Below are positions 1 through 8,179 of a stretch of 64,000 bases of DNA, piece after piece (within the stretch, counting starts at the first letter, position 1; every line of letters starts with the position of its first letter). A model generated the notes under the pieces. The model saw only the letters and a list, made by a program, of their open reading frames with translations, was not told the origin of the DNA and ran no database searches. Both the position numbers and the translations under genes were made by a program. Location: NCBI GenBank assembly GCA_024640695.1, contig JAHEEM010000001.1, positions 11,725-75,724 of the forward strand, written 5' to 3'. Source of the DNA: Rhodospirillaceae bacterium (GTDB lineage: Bacteria; Pseudomonadota; Gammaproteobacteria; Steroidobacterales; Rariloculaceae).

Positions 1-867
1 ATCCGCGAGGAAGTGCCGCTGGCCTCAGGATTCACACCGGCCGAGGCCAGCATGACGCCCGCCGAGTTCATGCAGCGCGTAGACCAGTGCAAAGACTACA
101 TTACGGCGGGCGACATCTATCAGATCGTGCTCTCGGTGCGGTTTCACGGCACAACCAAGCTTGATCCGTTTCAGTGCTATCGCGCGCTGCGGCTCCTGAA
201 TCCATCACCGTATATGTACTTCTTCGAGCTTGGCGATCTCAAGGTCGCAGGCTCCTCTCCCGAGGCGCTCGTAAAGCTCCAAGGCCGCGAAGCCTCGTTG
301 CGGCCGATTGCCGGCACCCGGCCGCGCGGTCAGTCCGACGATGAGGATGTAGCGCTCGAGCAGGAGCTCCTCGCTGACCCAAAGGAAAACGCCGAGCACG
401 TCATGCTCGTCGATCTCGCGCGCAACGATCTCGGCCGCGTCGCTCGCGCTGGTTCCGTCCACGTCGATCCTTATCGCAAGATCGAACGCTACAGTCACGT
501 AATGCATATCGTCAGCGGGGTGCAAGGCGTTCTCGACGACTCCAAGGACGCTTTTGATCTGTTCGCAGCGGCCTTCCCAGCGGGCACCCTCGTCGGCGCA
601 CCGAAGGTCCGTGCGATGGAGCTCATCGCCGAGCTTGAGCCCGTCGGCCGCGGCTTATACGGCGGGACGATCGGGTACTTCTCGAAGAACGGCAACATGG
701 ACCAGGCCATTACGATACGCACGATGGTATTCAACGGCGAGGAGTACAGCTTTCAGGCAGGTGCCGGCATCGTCGCCGACAGCGATCCGGAGCGCGAATA
801 CCAGGAAGTCCTGGCCAAGAGCGCGATTCTGCGCCGCGCGCTCGAGATCGCGGAGGAAGGGCTATGA
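1..867 (+). CDS. trpE: anthranilate synthase component I, C-terminal part (5' end outside window)
   Basis: The frame is open from the window edge. The translation shows the chorismate-binding domain (IAGTRPRG, LARNDLGRV, GGTIGYF, AGAGIVADSDPEREYQE). The stop overlaps the trpG start (ATGA). Confidence 0.9.
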   Translation: MREEVPLASGFTPAEASMTPAEFMQRVDQCKDYITAGDIYQIVLSVRFHGTTKLDPFQCYRALRLLNPSPYMYFFELGDLKVAGSSPEALVKLQGREASLRPIAGTRPRGQSDDEDVALEQELLADPKENAEHVMLVDLARNDLGRVARAGSVHVDPYRKIERYSHVMHIVSGVQGVLDDSKDAFDLFAAAFPAGTLVGAPKVRAMELIAELEPVGRGLYGGTIGYFSKNGNMDQAITIRTMVFNGEEYSFQAGAGIVADSDPEREYQEVLAKSAILRRALEIAEEGL

Positions 868-1448
868 GACCGCGGCTGTTGCTGATCGATAACTACGATT
901 CGTTTACCTACAACCTCGTGCAAGCATTTCTCGTGCTGAACGCAGACGTGCGCGTCTATCGCAACGATGCGATCGACACGGCGCAAGCACAGGCAATCGA
1001 GCCAACCCACCTCGTGATCTCGCCAGGTCCCGGGCGTCCTGAGGATGCCGGCGTATCGCTAGAGATGATTGGCGCCTTTGCCGGACGTGTTCCGGTGCTC
1101 GGCGTATGCCTCGGTCATCAATGCATCGTCGAGCATTTCGGCGGCGCAGTCATCGGCGCGGCGAGCCTGACGCACGGCAAGAACTCGCTGGTTCAGCATG
1201 ACGGCAAACTATTGTACCGTGGGCTGCCGAACCCGTTCCTAGCCGGCCGATACCATTCGCTCGCAGCGGACAGGACCTGCATACCGGAGACCCTCGAGGT
1301 CACCGCGACAACCACTGAGGGCGAGATCATGGGCGTCCGGCACAAGCGCCTCCAGGTCGAAGGCGTGCAGTTTCATCCCGAGAGCGTTCTGACGCCGGAC
1401 GGGCCAAGGCTCATGGAGAACTTCTTGTGCCCGGACCGCACTAGGTAA
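864..1448 (+). CDS. trpG: anthranilate synthase component II (glutamine amidotransferase)
   Basis: LLIDNYDSFTYNLVQ, the catalytic GVCLGHQ motif and QFHPES are present. There is a 4-nt overlap with trpE. Confidence 0.92.
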   Translation: MRPRLLLIDNYDSFTYNLVQAFLVLNADVRVYRNDAIDTAQAQAIEPTHLVISPGPGRPEDAGVSLEMIGAFAGRVPVLGVCLGHQCIVEHFGGAVIGAASLTHGKNSLVQHDGKLLYRGLPNPFLAGRYHSLAADRTCIPETLEVTATTTEGEIMGVRHKRLQVEGVQFHPESVLTPDGPRLMENFLCPDRTR

Positions 1449-1455
1449 AGAGATT

Positions 1456-2490
1456 ATGGAGTCGATGATGGGCGCACAAACAACGCAGTGGCTCGAGCGC
1501 TTGCTAGCGAAGCAGGATCTGACTGAGGCCGAGGCCGCCTCAGCCCTGAAGGCAATGGCTGACGGTAGCCTCGAGCCGGCCGTCGCCGGCGGGATGCTCG
1601 TGGCGCTGCGCCTGAAGGGTGAATCCGCCGAGGAGATCCGCGGCTTTGCGACCGCGATGCGTGAGCTGGCCAGGCGCCCGGCGATTCCCCCCGGCGGCCC
1701 GTACGTCGACATCGTCGGCACGGGCGGCGACGGATCGCACAGCCTGAACCTGTCGACCGGCGCGGCCTTGCTCGCGGCTGCGAGTGGCCTCAGCGTCGTC
1801 AAGCACGGTAACCGCTCAATTTCGAGCCGCTGCGGCAGCGCCGACGTGCTCGAGGTGCTGGGTCTACCAATCCCGCTCGACGAGCAGCAGGCCGCTGCCT
1901 ACCTCGCCACGCTCGGCTTCACGTTCTTGTTCGCGCCTCATTACCATCCCGCAATGAAGAACATAGGCCCGGTGCGCGCAGCGCTCGGCGTTCGGACCGT
2001 GTTCAATATCCTTGGGCCACTGGCCAATCCAGCGCAACCGCCCTACCACGTCATCGGTGCATATAGTGAGGACATGGCCGAGCGCATGGCGCATACACTC
2101 GCCGGCATGAACGCCAAGCGCGGCTTCGTTATTCACGGGGCGCCGGGCTGGGATGAGGCAACCCCGGTCGGACCGTTTCTTTGCTTCGATGTGCGGCCCG
2201 GAGAGGTGCGGCGCAGCGTGCGCGACCCTAAGGACGCCGGCATCGCCCGGTGTGCCGCAGACGATCTTCTCAGCGGCGAAGCCGCGCTCAACGCGAGCCG
2301 GCTCAGGGCGGCGCTCGCGGGCGGCGACACCCCCGCGCACCGCGATGCGCTCGTGCTCGGGGCAGCACTGGCGCTGGAGGTCACGGGCACGGCCCCGGAT
2401 CTCGCCAGCGGGGTCGCGGCGGCGCGGGCGGCTATCGACGACGGCCGTGCGGCCGCGCTGATCGAACGCTTGCCCGATATCGGGCGGTGA
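1456..2490 (+). CDS. trpD: anthranilate phosphoribosyltransferase
   Basis: GTGGDGSHSLNLST and KHGNRSISSRCGSADVLE motifs are present. It lies in series with trpG and trpC. Confidence 0.93.
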   Translation: MESMMGAQTTQWLERLLAKQDLTEAEAASALKAMADGSLEPAVAGGMLVALRLKGESAEEIRGFATAMRELARRPAIPPGGPYVDIVGTGGDGSHSLNLSTGAALLAAASGLSVVKHGNRSISSRCGSADVLEVLGLPIPLDEQQAAAYLATLGFTFLFAPHYHPAMKNIGPVRAALGVRTVFNILGPLANPAQPPYHVIGAYSEDMAERMAHTLAGMNAKRGFVIHGAPGWDEATPVGPFLCFDVRPGEVRRSVRDPKDAGIARCAADDLLSGEAALNASRLRAALAGGDTPAHRDALVLGAALALEVTGTAPDLASGVAAARAAIDDGRAAALIERLPDIGR

Positions 2491-2492
2491 CG

Positions 2493-3341
2493 ATGAACCG
2501 ATCCTCATTGCTCGATCGGATGGCCGTTAACTCGCGGGAGCGCGCAGCTGCAGCGCGCGCGCGAGAGGCTGAAGGCGCGCTGTTCGCGCGCGCGAGCATC
2601 ACCGATGACCCGCCAGCGCTGGCGCTGGATCGCTTCGACATCATCGCCGAGCTCAAACTACGCTCGCCCGCGTTGGGCGATCTAGCAGCGGGCGGCTTCG
2701 ACCTGGAAACCCAGCTTGCCGCCTACGCGGCCGGTGGCGCTGCAGCGGTCTCCGTGCTCACCGAACCCGACGAATTCAAGGGCAGCCTGAGGGACCTCGA
2801 GCGTGCTGCCGCCCTGCTGCGGCCACGTGGAATTCCGGTCATGCGCAAGGATTTCTTGACCGAGCCCTATCAGGTCCTCGAGGCTCGCGCGGCCGGCGCG
2901 GGTGGTGTCTTGGTCATTGCCGCGATGCTCACCGACACGGAGATGGAGGCTCTGATCGATTGCGCAAGCGACTGCGGCTTATTCGTTCTACTCGAGGCAT
3001 TCGACGAGCGCGACCTCGAACGCATTGCCGAGGTCGCGACGATCAAGCCGGCGCGACCCAACGCGCCGCTGCTCGTTGGCGTCAACAGTCGCAATCTGCA
3101 TACCCTAGCGGTCGAGTACGAGCGCTTCGCAGTGCTCGCTTCGCAACTGCCCGCGGGTCTCCCCGCAGTTGCCGAGAGCGGCATCGATACAGCCGAGCAG
3201 CTGCGCGAGGTGGCCTCCCTCGGCTACGCCGCCGCCCTGGTCGGCTCCGCACTGATGCGGGCACCTTCGCCGGCCGCGCAGCTGGCCAGCTTCATTGCCG
3301 CCGGGCGGGGTCGTGACGACGGTGATCGACCATGTTCGTAA
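2493..3341 (+). CDS. trpC: indole-3-glycerol phosphate synthase
   Basis: This is the internal ATG of track ORF 2250..3341, 3 nt after the trpD stop. The product begins MNRSSLLDRM and carries IIAELKLRSP, RKDF and GVNSRNL motifs. The upstream Arg/Gly-rich extension lies inside trpD and is a GC artefact. Confidence 0.88.
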   Translation: MNRSSLLDRMAVNSRERAAAARAREAEGALFARASITDDPPALALDRFDIIAELKLRSPALGDLAAGGFDLETQLAAYAAGGAAAVSVLTEPDEFKGSLRDLERAAALLRPRGIPVMRKDFLTEPYQVLEARAAGAGGVLVIAAMLTDTEMEALIDCASDCGLFVLLEAFDERDLERIAEVATIKPARPNAPLLVGVNSRNLHTLAVEYERFAVLASQLPAGLPAVAESGIDTAEQLREVASLGYAAALVGSALMRAPSPAAQLASFIAAGRGRDDGDRPCS

Positions 3342-3922
3342 AGATCTGCGGCCTCAGCACGGCGGCGGCAGTGCAGGCGGCCGTCGATGGCGGCGCGGAC
3401 GCGCTCGGCTTCGTGTTCGCCGAATCGGTGCGTCGCGTGCGCCCCTATGACGCGGCTGTTCTGTGTCGCGACGTGCCAGCCGAGATCGTGCGCGTCGCCG
3501 TCATGCGCCACCCGCGCGAGACTGAGTGGGCGGAAGTGCGCGATGTATTTCGACCCGACTGGCTGCAGACAGACGCCGATGACCTCGAGGCACTCGATCT
3601 CGGGCCCGCGTGTGTTGCGCTGCCCGTTTTCCGCAACGCGGAAGTTTCCGCCCGTGCCGATTGGCCTTCACCGCTGCTCTTCGAGGGCAGCTCGAGCGGC
3701 AGCGGCCAGACTGCAGACTGGCAAAAGGCCGCGGCGATCGCCGGTCGGGCCGACTTGATACTCGCCGGTGGGCTCAGCGTCGCGAACGCGGCGGCGGCCA
3801 TCGCTACTGTCGCCCCGTGGGGAGTCGATGTGTCGAGCGGCGTGGAATCGAGCCCGGGGACCAAGGACCCCGAGATGATTATCGACTTTATCGCCCGTGC
3901 GCGGGCCGCAGAGAGGAACTAA
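3332..3922 (+). CDS. trpF: phosphoribosylanthranilate isomerase
   Basis: The product starts MFVKICGL and has ADALGFVF and a LILAGGL motif. It overlaps trpC by 10 nt. Confidence 0.88.
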   Translation: MFVKICGLSTAAAVQAAVDGGADALGFVFAESVRRVRPYDAAVLCRDVPAEIVRVAVMRHPRETEWAEVRDVFRPDWLQTDADDLEALDLGPACVALPVFRNAEVSARADWPSPLLFEGSSSGSGQTADWQKAAAIAGRADLILAGGLSVANAAAAIATVAPWGVDVSSGVESSPGTKDPEMIIDFIARARAAERN

Positions 3923-5193
3923 TGGCAATCCCAGACACTGCAAATTCCAAGGCACTGCTCGACAAGTTACTCGCCGGCGAGTTTCCGGACGGAGATGGCC
4001 GCTTCGGCGCGTACGGCGGGCGCTACGTGCCAGAGACCTTGATTCCAGCCGTTACCCGGCTCGCCGAGGGCGTAGCGCGATTTCTGCCGGATCCCGAGTT
4101 TCGCAAACGGCTTGATGACGAGCTGCACAACTGGATCGGGCGCCCGACGGCGCTGACTCATGCACCGAGACTGTCGGCGCGCTGGGGCGCGGATGTGTGG
4201 CTGAAGCGCGAAGATCTGGCTCACACCGGAGCGCACAAAATAAACAACGCGATCGGTCAAGCACTACTCGCGCAGGCGCTTGGGGCAACGCGCATCGTTG
4301 CCGAGACGGGCGCCGGCCAACACGGCGTCGCTTCGGCGGCGGCCTGCGCGCGAATCGGGCTACCCTGCGTCGTCTACATGGGCGAGATCGATGTCGGCCG
4401 CCAGGCACCGAACGTCGACCGCATGCGCAGGCTCGGCGCAGAGGTCGTGCCGGTCACGTCCGGTGACCGCACGCTGCGAGCGGCGATTGACGAGGCCATT
4501 CGCGACTGGGTAGCGGATCCCGTTGGCACATACTATTTGCTCGGCTCGGCGGTCGGACCGCACCCGTATCCCTACCTCGTACGCGAGCTGCAAAGCATCA
4601 TCGGCAAAGAAGCGCGCGCGCAGCTGATAGAACGCGGCGCCGGGCTGCCCGATGCGGTCTTCGCGTGCGTCGGCGGCGGCTCTAACTCGATCGGTCTTTT
4701 TCACAGCTTTCTGGGGGATGCGCAGGTGCGCCTGTTCGGAGTCGAAGCAGGCGGCCGAGGATCGGCGCTCGGCGAGCATTCGGCAACGCTGTCTGCGGGC
4801 AACCCCGGCGTTCTCCACGGCGCCTACTCGATACTGCTCTACGACGCCGATGGGCAGATTCAGGAAACGCACTCTGTATCGGCCGGGCTCGACTATCCTG
4901 GCGTCGGCCCGGAACATGCCTTCCTGAAGCAGATTGGGCGCGTGGATTACCTGACAGCCAGCGACAACGAAGCCCTCGCGGCGCTGGATGAGTGCTGCGC
5001 TGCCGAAGGTATCTTGCCGGCGCTCGAAACCGCCCACGCGCTCGCTGGCGCACGGCGTTGGGCGCGACAGAACCCTGGGATGCGCATTCTGATCGGTCTG
5101 TCCGGACGCGGCGATAAAGACATGCCCATCCTGGCTCAGCACCCGGTCGGGTCTGCGGACGAAGCCGCGGGAGAGCGCCATGCTGCCGCGTGA
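3922..5193 (+). CDS. trpB: tryptophan synthase beta chain
   Basis: This is the internal ATG of track ORF 3610..5193, sharing one base with the trpF stop (TAATG). Motifs GGRYVPETL, KREDLAHTGAHKINN and ETGAGQHGVA are present. Confidence 0.93.
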   Translation: MAIPDTANSKALLDKLLAGEFPDGDGRFGAYGGRYVPETLIPAVTRLAEGVARFLPDPEFRKRLDDELHNWIGRPTALTHAPRLSARWGADVWLKREDLAHTGAHKINNAIGQALLAQALGATRIVAETGAGQHGVASAAACARIGLPCVVYMGEIDVGRQAPNVDRMRRLGAEVVPVTSGDRTLRAAIDEAIRDWVADPVGTYYLLGSAVGPHPYPYLVRELQSIIGKEARAQLIERGAGLPDAVFACVGGGSNSIGLFHSFLGDAQVRLFGVEAGGRGSALGEHSATLSAGNPGVLHGAYSILLYDADGQIQETHSVSAGLDYPGVGPEHAFLKQIGRVDYLTASDNEALAALDECCAAEGILPALETAHALAGARRWARQNPGMRILIGLSGRGDKDMPILAQHPVGSADEAAGERHAAA

Positions 5194-5944
5194 TCATCTG
5201 GCGAGCGCACTGCGCGGAGCACCTAAGCCCGCCATCGTAGCCTTCATCACAGCCGGGTATCCGGAGCGCGACGGTTTTCTCGCTACGCTCGCCGAGGTCG
5301 CGGACGTAGCGGATGCTGTTGAGATCGGCGTGCCGTTTACGGACCCGATGGCTGATGGCGTCACGATTCAGCGCTCGAGCCAAACCGCGCTAGCCAACGG
5401 TGTGAGTCTGCATTGGATTCTCGACCAACTCGGCTCGCGCGAGATCGAGCTCGGCGCGCCAGTGCTACTAATGAGCTATCTGAATCCCTTGCTCGCGTTC
5501 GGCTTCGAAGCGCTCGCGCAAAGAGCCGCTGACGTCGGCGTCAGTGGTTTCATCGTCCCGGACTTGCCATTCGAGGAAAGCGGTCCGCTGCGCGCGGCGC
5601 TCGATGTTCACGGCCTAGCGCTCGTTCAGCTCGTAACACCGGCGACTCCGCCCGATCGACTCACGATGCTCTGTGAGCACAGCCAGGGTTTTGTCTATGC
5701 CGTGACACGTACTGGTATAACCGGCGGCGGCGGCGGCGAGCTGCGCGGCGAACTCGCCGATTATCTCGCGACGGTAAGCGCCGCGTCGCCACTGCCCGTT
5801 TGCGCCGGCTTTGGTGTGAGCGATCGCCAACAAGTCGTGACCATCGGCCAGCATGCCGACGGTGTGATCGTAGGCTCCGCGCTAATCGAGGCGCTCGAGC
5901 GCGGCGAAAGCCCGGCAGCTTTCCTCAAGGGCCTGCGGCCTTGA
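5180..5944 (+). CDS. trpA: tryptophan synthase alpha chain
   Basis: AFITAGYP, EIGVPFTDPMADG and GFGVS motifs are present. It overlaps trpB by 14 nt. Confidence 0.93.
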   Translation: MLPRDHLASALRGAPKPAIVAFITAGYPERDGFLATLAEVADVADAVEIGVPFTDPMADGVTIQRSSQTALANGVSLHWILDQLGSREIELGAPVLLMSYLNPLLAFGFEALAQRAADVGVSGFIVPDLPFEESGPLRAALDVHGLALVQLVTPATPPDRLTMLCEHSQGFVYAVTRTGITGGGGGELRGELADYLATVSAASPLPVCAGFGVSDRQQVVTIGQHADGVIVGSALIEALERGESPAAFLKGLRP

Positions 5945-5957
5945 TAGCGCTCGTGAC

Positions 5958-6287
5958 ATGTCGGGACGCGGCTGGATGAGACGCGTCGCGAGCAACGAGT
6001 CGCTCGCCTTTCTCGGCCATCTGAGGAATTTGCTCGAGCAGTCGGGCATTCAATGCTTGATCAAAAACGAGCAGCTCTCTGGCGGTCTCGGGGAGATTCC
6101 TTTTCTGGAGTGCCTGCCCGAGCTCTGGATCCTGCGCGACGAGCAGCTGGACGCCGCCGAGTCCCTGCTCACCGAGATCCAGCAGCCAGCGAAGACGGCA
6201 CCCGCGTGGCATTGCCCGGCCTGTAGGGAACTGAACGAAGGCCAGTTTGCCGCCTGCTGGCATTGTGGCCGGGCGGATGAGCAATAG
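5958..6287 (+). CDS. DUF2007-like small protein with C-terminal CxxC...CxxC zinc ribbon
   Basis: The N-terminal part resembles the DUF2007 (putative signal-transducing) fold: LAFLGHLRNLLEQSGIQCLIKNE. The C-terminus reads CPACRELNEGQFAACWHCG. An alternative start at Met7 (5976) is plausible. Confidence 0.6.
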   Translation: MSGRGWMRRVASNESLAFLGHLRNLLEQSGIQCLIKNEQLSGGLGEIPFLECLPELWILRDEQLDAAESLLTEIQQPAKTAPAWHCPACRELNEGQFAACWHCGRADEQ

Positions 6288-7242
6288 GCTGCGCGAGCTG
6301 ACGCGCCGGGGCCCGCTGATCGGTCTGCTGACGATCGTCGCCACGCTCGGGATAAGCCTGATATCGGCGCTGGCACTGCTCGCGCCAGCCTCGTGGGTAT
6401 TCGAGCTGCTGACCCATTTCAGGCTCCAATACCTGGCGGTCCAGCTCACGCTGCTCGCGCTGCTCACTTGGCAGCGCTACTGGGGGCTCGCCGCGCTCTG
6501 CGCCGCGTTCGGGCTCGTCAACGCTACCACGGCGGTCGCCTATTTGCCGCGAGCGCCGCTGGCGCTGGCGGCGGGCCCGACCATCAAACTTATGACGGTC
6601 AATCTCTATGGCCGCAACCATGATCACGCGCGGTTCATTGAGCTCGCGCGACGCGAGAGCCCCGATGTCATCCTGCTGGTCGAGGTCACTCCAAGCTGGG
6701 CGCGCGCGCTCGAGACACTTGCGGTGGAGTATCCACATCGGCTCGTGAGTCCACGGCAGAGCGCATACGGCATCGCACTGCTGTCACGGCTACCGCTGCT
6801 CGAGCCACAGATCGTCGACCTGCTCGGTTCCCCGGCTGTCGACACGACCCTACGTTTAGCCGACAACCGCATCGCGCGGCTGGTCGGCGTACATCTGCGT
6901 TCCCCGACTTCCGCCGCGCACTCCGCGGCACGCAACACCCAGCTCGGCGAGCTAGAGGACCTGCTAGCTGACTACGCGGGACCGCTTATCGTCACCGGTG
7001 ACTTCAATGCTACGCCATACTCGCCGCTGCTCGCCGATTGGCTGGAGCGCACAGGGCTCGACGATGCGCGGCGGGGCCGAGGTTTTAGCGCAACCTGGCC
7101 AACGTATTTTCCAATACTCGGCATACCTATCGACCATTGCCTGATTAGTGAGCACTTCACGGTCACCGAGCAGTACCAGGGGCCCGTTTTTGGATCCGAC
7201 CATTACCCGGTGCTGACGCGACTGTCCTTGAGAGCTAGCTAG
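6277..7242 (+). CDS. membrane-anchored endonuclease/exonuclease/phosphatase (EEP) family protein
   Basis: Hydrophobic N-terminal segments are followed by EEP motifs (LLVEV, VTGDFNATPYSP, GSDHYPV). The ATG at 6277 overlaps the upstream gene by 11 nt. The track ORF begins at a TTG at 6247. Confidence 0.75.
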   Translation: MSNRLRELTRRGPLIGLLTIVATLGISLISALALLAPASWVFELLTHFRLQYLAVQLTLLALLTWQRYWGLAALCAAFGLVNATTAVAYLPRAPLALAAGPTIKLMTVNLYGRNHDHARFIELARRESPDVILLVEVTPSWARALETLAVEYPHRLVSPRQSAYGIALLSRLPLLEPQIVDLLGSPAVDTTLRLADNRIARLVGVHLRSPTSAAHSAARNTQLGELEDLLADYAGPLIVTGDFNATPYSPLLADWLERTGLDDARRGRGFSATWPTYFPILGIPIDHCLISEHFTVTEQYQGPVFGSDHYPVLTRLSLRAS

Positions 7243-7395
7243 AACCTATTCTAGAATCCCCGCACAGTACCTATGCAATACTACAGCTCGAGCCCAAGAC
7301 GCGAACAACGTCGAATGGCAGCTTACTCATCGCGGCGCGCAACCGAGCCCGCGCCGCCCGCTTCGGGGTCGCGCGTAACTCCAAGATAGTTTTCC

Positions 7396-8163
7396 ATGAC
7401 CACATCCAAACAACGTCGCGACCCGCTACCGAGCGCTTGCATCATCATCATCGGCAACGAGATCTTGTCGGGGAAGACGCGCGACGCAAACCTGCAATTT
7501 CTAGCCGAAGAGCTCGGCATGCTCGGCATCAAGCTAACCGAGGCGCGTGTAATCCCGGATATCGAGGCCACGATTGTCGCAACCGTCAACGAGATGCGCG
7601 CTCAATTTACTTATGTATTTACAACCGGCGGCATCGGGCCGACGCACGACGATATCACCGCCCTGTCGATCGCCAAGGCATTTAAGCGCGAGCTGGTGCT
7701 GGATTCGAACGCGGTCGCCCGGATGCAGCGCGGCAGCTTCGAGCTTAACGAGGCGCGTTTGAAAATGGCGCACGTGCCAGAAGGGTCGACGCTGATCGAC
7801 AACCCGACCTCGTTCGCGCCGGGCTTCAGAATCGAGAATGTCTACGTGCTTGCCGGAATTCCGAGCGTCGCACGTGCGATGTTCGGCACGCTTGTCGACG
7901 AGCTCCGTGCGGGGGAGCCGATACTCTCCTGCAACGTCGACATCTTCATTCGTGAAGGCGATATCGCCAAGCCGCTCGAGGCGGTGGCGCGGGATTTCCC
8001 CGACCTCGACGTCGGCAGCTATCCATTTTCCCGCGACGGCCGCTACGGCGCCAATCTCGTCGTGCGCGGCACCGATTCGAAGCGAATTGATGCAGCCATG
8101 AACGAGATCGTTACCGCGATGGTCACGCTCGCCGGCACGGAGAACGTCGGCAAACCCTCCTAA
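7396..8163 (+). CDS. molybdopterin-binding (MoCF/CinA N-terminal type) domain protein
   Basis: IIIGNEILSGKTRDANLQFL and TTGGIGPTHDDIT are typical of the CinA/MoaB-like domain. There is no C-terminal PncC deamidase domain. Confidence 0.75.
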   Translation: MTTSKQRRDPLPSACIIIIGNEILSGKTRDANLQFLAEELGMLGIKLTEARVIPDIEATIVATVNEMRAQFTYVFTTGGIGPTHDDITALSIAKAFKRELVLDSNAVARMQRGSFELNEARLKMAHVPEGSTLIDNPTSFAPGFRIENVYVLAGIPSVARAMFGTLVDELRAGEPILSCNVDIFIREGDIAKPLEAVARDFPDLDVGSYPFSRDGRYGANLVVRGTDSKRIDAAMNEIVTAMVTLAGTENVGKPS

Positions 8164-8179
8164 GGTCGTGTTCCGCGAG

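Noticed and set aside
2250-5383. Long alternative or antisense ORFs across the trp operon. Examples are the N-terminal extensions of 2250..3341 and 3610..5193, and the minus-strand ORFs 4360..5181 and 4682..5383.
   Set aside because: Their translations are Arg/Ala/Gly/Pro-rich low-complexity strings with no motifs. They lie inside or opposite well-supported trp genes. This is typical of open shadow frames in high-GC DNA.
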